NCBI GenBank assembly: GCA_002938115.1
Contig: PTKD01000002.1
Coordinates: 1-33,255 of the forward strand
Direction: 5' to 3'
Length of the DNA stretch: 33,255 nucleotides
From: Alphaproteobacteria bacterium MarineAlpha9_Bin7
Lineage (GTDB): Bacteria > Pseudomonadota > Alphaproteobacteria > UBA7887
In this document: positions 8,730 through 18,900 of the stretch, piece by piece
How positions within the stretch are numbered: position 1 is the stretch's first letter
Layout: every line of letters starts with the position of its first letter
Made by a program: the position numbers and the translations under genes
Notes under the pieces: model-generated
The model's database searches: none
What the model was told of the DNA's origin: nothing
What the model saw: only the letters and a program-made list of their open reading frames with translations

Positions 8730-9857
8730 GTGAGTCAAAAAAAACCTGTGAACCGTTCCCTTAAGCAAACTCCCTTGTGCTCGCTGCACAAGACCCTTGG
8801 TGCACGAATGGGCACGTTCGCCGGGTTTGATATGCCGATAAACTATCCGACCGGCATAATAGCGGAACACCGCCATTGCCGAACAGCAGCATCCTTGTTT
8901 GACGTATCTCACATGAGCCAATTTTGTATTCGTGGCTCAAACGGCCTCGCAGAAATTGCAGCAGCGCTGGAGTTAATGGTACCGGGGGATATTCAAGGAT
9001 TGCGACTCGGGCAATTACGTTACACGATGCTCACGAATGACCAAGGGGGGGTCATTGATGACGTGATCGTGGCTCGGGTCGCCAATCACTTTCATTTGAT
9101 CGGAAACGCTTCTCGTTCTAAAACAGATAAAAAAATACTTTGCGACAAACTACCTGCCAGCATCTCGGTGACGCAGCTTGATAGGGCGCTTATCGCCCTT
9201 CAAGGCCCAAAAGCAGAAGAAGTTCTTGTTCGGCATATGCCTAAATTGCGTACCATAAATTTTATGTATGGGAATAAATTTGAGCTTGCCGGTGCGGAAT
9301 GTTGGGTTTCCCGTTCCGGATACACCGGCGAAGATGGTTTCGAAATATCCGTTCCAGCAAATCAAGCCGTAGAAGTGGCTGAGCTGATTCTTGATGAGGA
9401 AGAAGTGAAGCCTGCTGGATTGGGAGCACGTGACTCCCTACGACTTGAAGCCGGTTTATGCCTCTATGGGCATGATTTAAACGAAACCATTACACCAATT
9501 GAAGCCGGCCTACACTGGACAATCAGTCGGCGAAGGCGAGCACAAAAAAACTTCCCGGGGGCGCATAAAATTTTACATCAGCTCATTGAGGGTCCCAAGC
9601 AACAACGGATTGGACTCCAACCAGCAGGAAATATCCTTGTACGCGAGGGAGCTAAAATCAACGACACGAATGGCAACAATATTGGGACCGTAACAAGTGG
9701 TGGCTTTGGCCCAACCATCGGAGGGCCAATAGCGGTTGGTTATATAGCCAAGGAGAAAATACACATGGGCGCCTGCCTGAAATTGCGAGTCCGAAATAAG
9801 GAAATTGAGGCTGCAATGACATCTTTGCCCTTTGTCCAACATCGCTATCGCAAATGA
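8730..9857 (+). CDS. gcvT: Glycine cleavage system aminomethyltransferase (T protein)
   Basis: LKQTPLCSLHKTLGARMGTFAGFDMPINY...LFDVSHM... is the GcvT N-terminal signature. GTG 8730 has GGAG 6 nt upstream and gives ~375 aa. Alternatives are ATG 8691 (only 2 nt after a GAGGGGG run) and the track start 8655, which lies inside the riboswitch. Confidence 0.93.
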   Translation: MSQKKPVNRSLKQTPLCSLHKTLGARMGTFAGFDMPINYPTGIIAEHRHCRTAASLFDVSHMSQFCIRGSNGLAEIAAALELMVPGDIQGLRLGQLRYTMLTNDQGGVIDDVIVARVANHFHLIGNASRSKTDKKILCDKLPASISVTQLDRALIALQGPKAEEVLVRHMPKLRTINFMYGNKFELAGAECWVSRSGYTGEDGFEISVPANQAVEVAELILDEEEVKPAGLGARDSLRLEAGLCLYGHDLNETITPIEAGLHWTISRRRRAQKNFPGAHKILHQLIEGPKQQRIGLQPAGNILVREGAKINDTNGNNIGTVTSGGFGPTIGGPIAVGYIAKEKIHMGACLKLRVRNKEIEAAMTSLPFVQHRYRK

Positions 9858-9905
9858 TGGGAATACGGCCGTCGCAGGATACAATCGGTAAACAGGGACT
9901 AGCAA

Positions 9906-10301
9906 ATGGTGAACATTAGATACACAACGGAACACGAGTGGATCCGACTCGAGCAAAGTTCCGGAGAAATCGTAGGCGCTGGTATTGTCGGCATAACTGA
10001 TTACGCTCAACAACAACTGGGTGACATCGTTTTTGTGGAACTTCCAACCTTAGGGGCAGTGCTTTCTCAAGGAGATGAGGCCGCAGTGATCGAATCGGTT
10101 AAAGCGGCGAGCGAGCTATACAGTCCTGTTGGCGGAGAAGTAGTCGCGGTAAACGAAAATCTCACGGAACAACCGGCACTGGTAAATACCGATCCAGCTG
10201 GAAGTGGATGGTTCGTGAAGATACGGCTGTCAGACACTAACGAACTTAACGGCTTGATGGACGAAGCATCCTACCGAGCATTCGTTGATGACCTCGACTG
10301 A
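9906..10301 (+). CDS. gcvH: Glycine cleavage system H protein (lipoyl carrier)
   Basis: 131 aa. YTTEHEWIR, and the lipoyl-lysine motif ESVKAAS. Confidence 0.95.
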   Translation: MVNIRYTTEHEWIRLEQSSGEIVGAGIVGITDYAQQQLGDIVFVELPTLGAVLSQGDEAAVIESVKAASELYSPVGGEVVAVNENLTEQPALVNTDPAGSGWFVKIRLSDTNELNGLMDEASYRAFVDDLD

Positions 10302-10315
10302 CGAAGTCAGACACG

Positions 10316-11677
10316 ATGCGATACCTACCTCATACTGCTGAAGACCGACGGGCCATGATGACAGACATCGGCATTGGCAGCATCGAGGAACTGTTTAAAG
10401 ACGTGCCTAACGAAGCACGCCTAGATAGGCCACTTGAGCTACCAAACCACGCGGATGAACTCTCCGTAGAACGGCATATAACCGGCCTTGCAGCACAAAA
10501 TGTTACTGCCGGAGCGGTTCCATGTTTCATAGGCGGCGGAGCATATCGTCATCATGTACCGGCAGCGGTTGATGCGTTGATACAGCGCGGTGAATTTCTC
10601 ACGTCCTATACGCCTTACCAACCAGAGATTAGCCAGGGCACCCTGCAAGCTCTTTTCGAGTTTCAGACTCAAGTCAGTTTGATCACCGGCATGGAGGTGG
10701 CAAATGGCTCCATGTACGATGGCTCCACAGCCTGTGCAGAGGCCGTCTTGATGGCTGGGCGTGTTACCAAGCGTCAGCGTGCAGTACTTTCCGGCGGCCT
10801 CAATCCGCTTTATTGTGACGTTGTCGAGACATTGGCGCAATTTACTGGACTCGAAATTGAGAAGAGTAGACCTAATGCACCAACGCGTGGACACCACGAC
10901 ACCCTTGCGCTCGAGGCCCGTGTAAACAACGACACGGCCTGCGTGGTGGTCCAATTTCCTGATTTTTTTGGTGTAATCCGGGACTTTACTGCTCTCTCTG
11001 CACGTTGCCATGAACAGGGCACGCTACTAATAGTAGTGGTCACGGAGCCCGTCGCACTGGGCGCCCTCAAGGCTCCCGGCGATATGGGAGCTGATATCGT
11101 CGTCGGTGAAGGCCAGTCCCTGGGAGTCGGTCTGAATTTCGGTGGTCCGTATGTCGGGCTTTTTGCTACAAAAGAAAAATATTTACGGCAAATGCCAGGA
11201 CGAGTGGCTGGCGAAACTCTAGACTCCGACGGAAAGCGGGGCTGGGTATTAACACTCAATGCACGTGAGCAGCACATTCGCCGCGAGAAAGCAACTAGCA
11301 ACATATGTACCAACTCCGGTCTTTGTGCGCTTGCCTTTAGCATTCATCTCTCACTTTTGGGTGAAACTGGGTTTGCTCGACTTGCGGCCCTTAACCACTC
11401 CACTGCTCGGTCGTTGGCAGAAAAATTGGCTGGGTTGCAAGGTATCGAAGTCCTGAATGGCGCTTACTTTAACGAGTTTACGGTTCGCCTATCGCGTGAA
11501 TCTGCCCCAGTTATAGAAGAACTCGCCCAAAAAAAGATACTCGCAGGCGTGCCGCTAAGTCGACTTTATCCGGATCGCAAGGATTTCAAAGATTTAGCTT
11601 TGATGACGGCTACTGAAACCACAACTGACTCGGACATCCAGGCTCTTCTTCAAGCACTGTCGGAATCCGTACTATGA
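10316..11677 (+). CDS. gcvPA: Glycine dehydrogenase (decarboxylating) subunit 1
   Basis: [31 protein letters not shown] and [21 protein letters not shown] are hallmark GcvPA segments. 453 aa. Confidence 0.95.
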   Translation: MRYLPHTAEDRRAMMTDIGIGSIEELFKDVPNEARLDRPLELPNHADELSVERHITGLAAQNVTAGAVPCFIGGGAYRHHVPAAVDALIQRGEFLTSYTPYQPEISQGTLQALFEFQTQVSLITGMEVANGSMYDGSTACAEAVLMAGRVTKRQRAVLSGGLNPLYCDVVETLAQFTGLEIEKSRPNAPTRGHHDTLALEARVNNDTACVVVQFPDFFGVIRDFTALSARCHEQGTLLIVVVTEPVALGALKAPGDMGADIVVGEGQSLGVGLNFGGPYVGLFATKEKYLRQMPGRVAGETLDSDGKRGWVLTLNAREQHIRREKATSNICTNSGLCALAFSIHLSLLGETGFARLAALNHSTARSLAEKLAGLQGIEVLNGAYFNEFTVRLSRESAPVIEELAQKKILAGVPLSRLYPDRKDFKDLALMTATETTTDSDIQALLQALSESVL

Positions 11678-13245
11678 CCAATGACCGCAGCCAGGGTCGT
11701 CACCGACGAGCGAAAAAAGACAGTGTGGCGAATAACAGCTCGACGATCACCGGTAACAGAGCGCTACAAATTGAAGAGCCCTTAATTTTTGAGCAAGGAG
11801 CAAAAGGCCGCACCGGAGTTGACCTTCCTGCTCCCACCGACGAGAGTACAGCTGCTCTTGGCGGCCTTGAACGCGATAAACCGATCGGGCTTCCAGGACT
11901 ATCTGAACCGGAGGTTGTGAGGCACTACACGCGTCTGAGCCGCAATAACTACGCAATCGATATAGGTTTTTACCCTCTCGGCTCGTGCACGATGAAACAT
12001 AATCCACGCCTCAACGAGCGCCTCTCCCGTCTCCCGGGCTTGGCAGACATCCATCCGCTTCAACCAGAATCAACTGTGCAAGGCGGACTTGCATTGATCG
12101 AACAAGTATCAAATTGGCTTAAAATTTTAACTGGTTTTCCCGCCGTGGCAATGTCACCCGCAGCAGGCGCACAAGGCGAATTATGTGGACTCATGACCAT
12201 CCGAACCCATTTAATGGCACGCGGAGACCCACGGACCGTAGTGCTCGTACCAGATTCCGCACACGGAACGAATCCAGCGACTGCTGCAATGTGTGGTTAT
12301 CAGATTGAGTCAGTTCCGTCCAACCAGAGGGGTCGCGTGGACCTGAACGCACTTCAGGCACGCCTCGGACCGGACATCGCAGCCTTAATGCTGACCAACC
12401 CAAACACCTGCGGATTGTTTGAAGAGGAAATAATCGAAATCGCGGCCGCCGTGCACGATTCTGGCGCGTTATTCTACTGTGATGGCGCAAATTTTAATGC
12501 GCTGGTGGGGAAAGTGCGACCTGCAGACCTTGGCATAGACATTATGCACTTGAACCTGCACAAAACGTTTTCGACGCCGCACGGTGGTGGTGGACCAGGG
12601 GCCGGGCCGGTTGTCATGACAAACGAACTAGCTCCCTACGCACCCCTACCCTGGTTGTTACGAGAAGGTGAAACACTGCTGCTGATCGAACACCCAGAAC
12701 GACAAGCAAAAACTTCGTTTGGCCGGATGAGGGCATGGCATGGACAAATGGGCATGTTTGTTCGTGCATTAGCATACATGCTCAGCCATGGCGGGGATGG
12801 CTTACGCCAAGTTGCGGAAGATGCAGTTCTTAACGCGAATTATCTTCGCGTGGGTCTAGAGGGAAAATATACCATGCCATATAGTGGCCTCTGCATGCAT
12901 GAGGTGCTTTGCGACGACGAGTTTATTAAGGATACCGATATAACTACGCTTGATATTGCTAAGACGCTTATCGACGAAGGCTATCACCCGATGACAATCT
13001 ATTTTCCATTGATTGCCCACGGCGCAATGCTGATAGAACCAACGGAAACAGAAAGCCGTCAGACTCTTGATCAATTTATCAAAGTGCTACGTGCTATAGC
13101 GGACCAAATCAGCTCAGGAGATTCAAAAAGATTCCACCGTGCACCGTTGCATGCCCCGCGTCGACGACTGGATGAGACTCGGGCCGCGCGGCAGCCAAAC
13201 TTGCGTTGGAAAGAGTCGACCCCAACATCCTCACCAAGGAAGTGA
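11674..13245 (+). CDS. gcvPB: Glycine dehydrogenase (decarboxylating) subunit 2
   Basis: Its start overlaps the gcvPA stop (ATGA). [15 protein letters not shown], and the PLP-lysine region [18 protein letters not shown]. 523 aa. Confidence 0.95.
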   Translation: MTNDRSQGRHRRAKKDSVANNSSTITGNRALQIEEPLIFEQGAKGRTGVDLPAPTDESTAALGGLERDKPIGLPGLSEPEVVRHYTRLSRNNYAIDIGFYPLGSCTMKHNPRLNERLSRLPGLADIHPLQPESTVQGGLALIEQVSNWLKILTGFPAVAMSPAAGAQGELCGLMTIRTHLMARGDPRTVVLVPDSAHGTNPATAAMCGYQIESVPSNQRGRVDLNALQARLGPDIAALMLTNPNTCGLFEEEIIEIAAAVHDSGALFYCDGANFNALVGKVRPADLGIDIMHLNLHKTFSTPHGGGGPGAGPVVMTNELAPYAPLPWLLREGETLLLIEHPERQAKTSFGRMRAWHGQMGMFVRALAYMLSHGGDGLRQVAEDAVLNANYLRVGLEGKYTMPYSGLCMHEVLCDDEFIKDTDITTLDIAKTLIDEGYHPMTIYFPLIAHGAMLIEPTETESRQTLDQFIKVLRAIADQISSGDSKRFHRAPLHAPRRRLDETRAARQPNLRWKESTPTSSPRK

Positions 13246-13403
13246 GAACTAGCCAATACCGGAAAGAAAACCGAGCCTCTACAAGAATTCTTTCAAGGGG
13301 ATTCTCGTACCATCATGCCAATCTTAGACTTAACTCAACAGACATTACGCACTGCACAACCGAAGCCTGCCAAGGATTTAAGCGGAGACACAAATTGACC
13401 ATA

Positions 13404-13419
13404 TTATCCATATGGATAA
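13404..13419. repeat. Perfect 16-bp palindrome TTATCCATATGGATAA just downstream of atpF
   Basis: Read directly; all 8 pairs are complementary. It lies 10 nt beyond the atpF stop in the gcvPB/atpF convergent spacer. Confidence 0.9.
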
Positions 13420-13429
13420 CCACGCCCAT

Positions 13430-13930
13430 CTACGACACCTGTCGTAACCTCGTCCCAAGGTCCTCGATTGAATCATCGATAAGCTTAGTCGCCTGACTTT
13501 GGTTAAGATTCTGTGTAATCATATATTCGACAGCCGCCATCGCCATCTCAGAAGCAGCAACGCGAACCTCGTCCACCATCTGAACCTCAGCACGTGCGAT
13601 ATTTTGCGCCGTCTGTTTTTCGCGTTGAAGAAGCTGTGCCGCTAGACGCGTCCTGGCAGCCTCTAACATAAGCGCGCTGTCTCGGCGCGCACGCTCAAGC
13701 ATTGCTTCGGTCTCACCGTCAACGCCTCGTTGCTGTCGTTGATATTGTGCCAGCAGGCTTTGCGCTTCCTCTCGCAATCGCGCCGCAGCATCAAGTTCTT
13801 CGCGAATGCGGGTAGCGCGCGCATCTAACGCCACAGTGATCGCCAGGTTGGCCTTCTTAGCTACTAGGGCTATAAAAATAAGGAACGCGACCAGAACCCA
13901 AGTCTCCGGATTCTCTAACAAATGTTCCAT
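13430..13930 (-). CDS. atpF: F0F1 ATP synthase subunit b
   Basis: 166 aa. A single N-terminal TM (WVLVAFLIFIALVA) is followed by a long Ala/Glu/Arg-rich helix. It is the last gene of the atpI-a-c-b'-b operon. Confidence 0.85.
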   Translation of the reverse strand: MEHLLENPETWVLVAFLIFIALVAKKANLAITVALDARATRIREELDAAARLREEAQSLLAQYQRQQRGVDGETEAMLERARRDSALMLEAARTRLAAQLLQREKQTAQNIARAEVQMVDEVRVAASEMAMAAVEYMITQNLNQSQATKLIDDSIEDLGTRLRQVS

Positions 13931-13942
13931 GGTTCTCCCCGA

Positions 13943-14428
13943 TTAGGACTTCCTGACAACATCGACAGCGGCTCGCGCCTGTTCTTCCGAAACTTCAAGC
14001 CCGATAAACTTTTTTACTCCCGAACGCGCAGAAACACCTGCAGCAACAACTACTTCGTCCACAGCTTGTGCCATAATATTTCGTATCCGACGCTCGCTCT
14101 CAGCCACTTTATTTTCTAGCTGCCCTTTAAGAGCATCCAGGCGCTGCACTGTTTCACGCTGGAGAGTCTCGCGCGCCTCCGACAAAATTATCTCTGTTTT
14201 CGCGTGTGCCGCCGCCATCAAGGATTCATATTCAGCTAGTGCGACCGTTGCTTCATCACGCAATTTCTCAGCTAACTCTAAATCCTGATCTAGCCGACGT
14301 TGACGACTTTCCAAAATGTCGGTGATACGTGGCAAAGCTAACCTCGCCATCAAAAAATAAAGGGTGGCGAAGGCAAAAATTGACCAGGCAATTTGCGGAA
14401 AATAGTCTGCGAATTCCATCTGAGGCAC
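13943..14428 (-). CDS. atpF2: F0F1 ATP synthase subunit b'
   Basis: 161 aa. An N-terminal TM (IAWSIFAFATLYFLM) plus a charged coiled helix. It is the second b-type subunit, between c and b, as in alphaproteobacterial F0 operons. Confidence 0.85.
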   Translation of the reverse strand: MPQMEFADYFPQIAWSIFAFATLYFLMARLALPRITDILESRQRRLDQDLELAEKLRDEATVALAEYESLMAAAHAKTEIILSEARETLQRETVQRLDALKGQLENKVAESERRIRNIMAQAVDEVVVAAGVSARSGVKKFIGLEVSEEQARAAVDVVRKS

Positions 14429-14468
14429 GGCAGTCTCCTTCTATCGTCGATAGAACGACATAAAACCG

Positions 14469-14747
<279 letters not shown>

Positions 14748-15482
14748 TCAATGGTGCAAATGTATCGCATCATTGATGTACAGGCAGGTTAAAACAGCGA
14801 ACACGTACGCCTGCAAAAACGCAATCAAAGTTTCCAACGCGAACAACAAAACAATAAATATTAAGGGCGCCACCCCCATTAAGCCCAGTGCCACTACAAA
14901 CCCGGCAAAGACCTTTAACATAGTGTGCCCAGCCATCATATTTGCAGCAAGACGCACAGATAGGCTGATTGGGCGGGACAAATAGGAAATGAATTCAATT
15001 GGGACTAAGAGCGGAGCCAAATAAATAGGCACCCCGGGAGGAAGAAAAAAGCCGAAAAATTTAAGACCATGCCGAACAAAGCCGAGCACAGTAACTCCAA
15101 TAAAAATCGCACCGGCAAAGACAAACGTAACAATTATGTGGCTGGTGACCGTAAAACTATATGGAATTAACCCGAGAACATTGCAAAATAAGAGAAACAT
15201 AAACAAGCTAAAAACAAACGCAAAATACGGCCGTCCTTCAATCCCAATATTGTCTCGAACGCTTTTGGCAACGAGTTCATAAGCAAGCTCAACCATAGAT
15301 TGCCAACGCCCCGGCACCATAGCGTGGCGACGTGCCCCCACCATCAAAAACAGCGTGATGGACGCAACCGCTATTACCATCATTAACGAAGAATTCGTAA
15401 ATGAGACGTCAACCCCACCAATATCAAGCTCAACTAACCTCTTGATGGCAAACTGTTCTAAGGGGCTATGCTCTGCCGCCAC
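14748..15482 (-). CDS. atpB: F0F1 ATP synthase subunit a
   Basis: 244 aa and polytopic, with the conserved Arg helix LSVRLAANMMAGH. Confidence 0.95.
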   Translation of the reverse strand: MAAEHSPLEQFAIKRLVELDIGGVDVSFTNSSLMMVIAVASITLFLMVGARRHAMVPGRWQSMVELAYELVAKSVRDNIGIEGRPYFAFVFSLFMFLLFCNVLGLIPYSFTVTSHIIVTFVFAGAIFIGVTVLGFVRHGLKFFGFFLPPGVPIYLAPLLVPIEFISYLSRPISLSVRLAANMMAGHTMLKVFAGFVVALGLMGVAPLIFIVLLFALETLIAFLQAYVFAVLTCLYINDAIHLHH

Positions 15483-15503
15483 AGGGATCTCCCTCCATAC
15501 AAA

Positions 15504-15818
15504 CTAAATCACTCCATCGTCGGCCCTGGATTCGAATCGCCGCGCCGCACGATAAGCGTTCAACATGCCGGCCGCACATCCTATCAGCAAGAACACGAGC
15601 ATAAACCAGGGACGAGTTCCAAGCCATCGATCGACCAACCAACCCAGCCCCCCTCCAACAACCAAGGCAGCAAACATTTCCGTTGTGAGGCGCGCAGCCC
15701 ACGCCAAGCCAGTCGACTGCTGACCAGTCGATTTGGTGTCGTCGCGCGCGTCTCGCGCCCGCCTAATCCGGGCATCGAGCCCCTCGATTGGTGGAGGTAG
15801 ATCATCTCGTTTCATCAA
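15504..15818 (-). CDS. atpI: AtpZ/AtpI family protein (ATP synthase protein I)
   Basis: 104 aa with a charged N-terminus and two TM helices (MFAALVVGGGLGWLVD, WFMLVFLLIGCAAGML). It lies immediately upstream of atpB. Confidence 0.75.
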   Translation of the reverse strand: MMKRDDLPPPIEGLDARIRRARDARDDTKSTGQQSTGLAWAARLTTEMFAALVVGGGLGWLVDRWLGTRPWFMLVFLLIGCAAGMLNAYRAARRFESRADDGVI

Positions 15819-15865
15819 ACCCCCCAGTGCCCCTTCACCAGTAATCCTGGCTCAAAAGCGGCTGC

Positions 15866-15913
15866 ACCATAAGTGCTGTCCGGAATACTGTCAAGCCACC
15901 GCCAGAATACTGT
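15866..15913 (-). promoter_or_regulatory. Sigma70-like promoter of the F0 operon, flanked by a 9-bp direct repeat
   Basis: Minus strand: TTGACA (15894-15889), a 17-nt spacer, then TATGGT (15871-15866), ~48 nt upstream of atpI. The plus-strand repeat GAATACTGT occurs at 15883-15891 and 15905-15913 (22 bp apart). The first copy overlaps the -35. Confidence 0.4.
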
Positions 15914-15951
15914 AACCATTTGATATAAAATGATAAAATACAGAACAAAAC

Positions 15952-18900
15952 TTATTCAGCAGCCTTAAGACGACCCCCACCATGCAGGTCGACAGAGACC
16001 AGCTGAGAAACACCGTTTTCACTCATAGTAACCCCAAACAATCGATCCATTCTCGCCATCGTTAGGCGATGATGCGTAATGACGAGAAAACGCGTGCGGC
16101 GCTGCCCGGCAATTTCATCCACCAGCGCACAGAAACGCTCCACGTTGGAATCATCCAGCGGCGCATCAACTTCGTCTAATACACAAATCGGTGCTGGCTT
16201 TGTCAGAAACACAGCAAACAACAAAGAAAGCGCTGCAAGCGCCTTTTCGCCACCGGACAAAAGTGACAATGCCTGTAATCGCTTTCCGGGCGGACTAGCC
16301 ATGATTTCCAAGCCTGCCTCAAGCGGGTCATCGTCGCCAATTAGCGCTAATTTCGCACGTCCACCCCCAAACAGACGCACAAAAAGTACCTCAAAATGAG
16401 TATTCACCTGCTCAAACGCCGCAAGCAATCGCTGCCGACCTTCACGATTGAGTGACGCGATCCCATTACGCAATCGAGAAATTGCCGAAATCAAATCAGT
16501 ACGCTCGACCTCTAGCGTATCAATCTGCATTGACAATTCGTTCGCTTCCTCATCGGCCCGTAAATTGACCGAACCCATATTTTCTCGTTCGCGAAGCAAG
16601 CGCTCCATTTGTTTTTCAACAGCACTAAACTCGGGCAACTGATCCGGAGACTCGATTTCCGAAAGTTCCAAAGCGTCCGATGGGTTACAACCCAAACGCT
16701 CCTCTATCTGTTGCACCTCAACCGCACGTAACGCTAGCGCCTGGTCCCGTTTTCCCGCTACCCTAGCCTTCCCCTCACGAGAGTCTGCAAGAGCCTCGTT
16801 AGATGCCCGTACCGAAGCATCACAAGCCTCTAAATGCGCTTCTGCCGTCGCAAGCTCTTCTGCAGAATTCCTACGCGTATGCTCCGCGTTCACAGATAAG
16901 TCCAACAAACTTTCATGTCGACTTTTCAAATCTGCCGGCTCGGCGAGTAAGCCTTTCAATTCTTTCTCCAATATAACGTGACGCGATATTAATGATTCGA
17001 TTTGGCTTTCAGCACCCCCATCTCGGCTCCGCCAGAGCTTAGCTTCTTCTTTTATCGCCCCTATACGTTCAGAATAGGCCTGTTGATTCCGAATCAGTTT
17101 CTCCTGGCGACGTAAATGACCTTCCAAGTTCTGACGTTGATCCGTCAGAATCAGACGTTCTTCATTCAGTCGTGTACTTGTTTCACTTGAACTAGGCAGG
17201 GCTCGAACATCTTCATCAAGAGCTCTTTTTTCTGACTCTGCATCGGCTTGATCCGTATTAAGTTGGTCCAAAATATTCGCCAGCACTTCAAGCCGTGCGC
17301 GGTCATCGGCCAGTGCTTCGACGGAAGACGCAAACGCTTCACGTTCTTCAATTAAATCTTTATCCGACATCATCGATAATGCACGCGATTCTGACTCACC
17401 AACTCGCGCCAGATTTGCCGCCTTGCTCGCTTCATTTAATAAGGCTTCCGACGCTGAATGGTCTTTGGTTACCTGTGAGAGTCGGTTCTCAACTCCTTCT
17501 AAGGAGCTTTGCAATGACTCCAGTTGGCTGCGTTGGCGAAGTCGAAGGGTCGACGTCGAAGCGGTGGCTGCAACCGAAAAACCATCCCAGCGCCACATAT
17601 CACCGGCAAGACTGACCATCCTTTGGCCTTGGACAAGTTTGCTCGCCAACAACCAACCTTCCTCCGCGTCAGTAACCACGCCGATTTGTGCTAGCCGAAG
17701 CGTAAGCTCTTCTGGTGCATCAACAAAATCCGAGAGTAAACTTACCCCTTCAGGCATAGGCTGGCGCGGACCTTTCTCATCTGCCATCCGCCAAGAAGCG
17801 GGCGCCGCCTGGTCAAGCGACGCGGACAAATCATCGCCCAAGGCGGCTCCAAGGGCAGTTTCATAGCCATCCACAACTTTCAGCTGATCAATTACGGCCG
17901 CACCCACATCGCCCATGTCAGAATTGTCGGGAACATAGCCGTGGTGGCCATTAACCGTCTTAGTCAGAGCTTCAATTTCTGCCACTAGGCGGCTACGCTT
18001 GACACCTACAGAAGCCAACAATCCACTGCTATCACGTTCAGCTTTCTGCGCCCTATCCAGTTCTCGATCTGCTAAATCTCTCTCCCGCACGGCGTCCTCA
18101 AGTAACCCACGCAGGCGGTCTACCTCCTCCTGCGTGGGTTTGACCTTCTCACGATCATCCTGTTTGGCAAAACGCTCGGAACGTTGTTCGATTTCTTTCT
18201 GTTCAGCCACAAGGTCCAAAACACGTAGCGCAAATCGCGACAGACGGTCCTCTATGGTAGTAGCGCGCTGGGCAAATCCTCGACGAGTAGTATCGGCCGC
18301 CGCCACCTGTTCCGTTAGCGCAGCAACCGTAGCCTCTAACTCATTCACCGACGTTCGAACAGCAGTTGCCTGAGCGTCCGCATCCCTAAGTGATTCAGTA
18401 TCGGCAACTTTTCGCGCGAGAAGCTCTTCGGATTGTATTGTTAAATTTGCCAATCTCGTCGCCGCGTCACCCCGAAGTATTTTCTCTCGATCGATGTCTG
18501 CCAAGAGCACTTCGATTTGTTCTTTCACAGCATCGGCTCGTTCCTCTACCCGTCGTTTTTCCTCATCAAGCTGCTCACATTCAATTGCTAGACGCTGAAC
18601 TTTGGCGGCCGCGTCTGTCTCCATACGCCGTAGGGTCGGTAAACATGCCGCCGCATCGGCCTGTTCTGTCGCAGCAATTGTTGCCTTTTTTGCTTGTGTT
18701 AATACCTCCTGATCAATCTCTCGTAGCTGCAAAGTAGTTTCGTGCACCTCTGAATCAGCCTGTGCCCAACGACTGTACAACAGCATTGCCTCGGCCTTGC
18801 GAATCCGGCCACTAAGACTCCGGTAACGCGACGCCTGGCGGGCTTGTCGCTTTAGCCCCTGAAGCTGGCCCTGAAGCGCCACTAGCACGTCGTCCAATCG

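Noticed and set aside
10439-11343. 190-aa and 177-aa minus-strand ORFs inside gcvPA
   Set aside because: They lie fully inside a high-confidence conserved gene on the opposite strand, have low-complexity composition and carry no motifs.
13206-13496. 96-aa ORF bridging the gcvPB/atpF spacer
   Set aside because: It overlaps the 3' ends of both flanking genes and has no Shine-Dalgarno and no recognisable sequence. Only ~60 codons fall in unassigned DNA.
16079-18737. Series of 60-147-aa plus-strand ORFs antisense to smc
   Set aside because: They are Ser/Arg/Ala-rich translations typical of the reverse frame of coiled-coil (Glu/Leu/Ala/Arg) coding sequence. None has ribosome-binding sites or recognisable domains.
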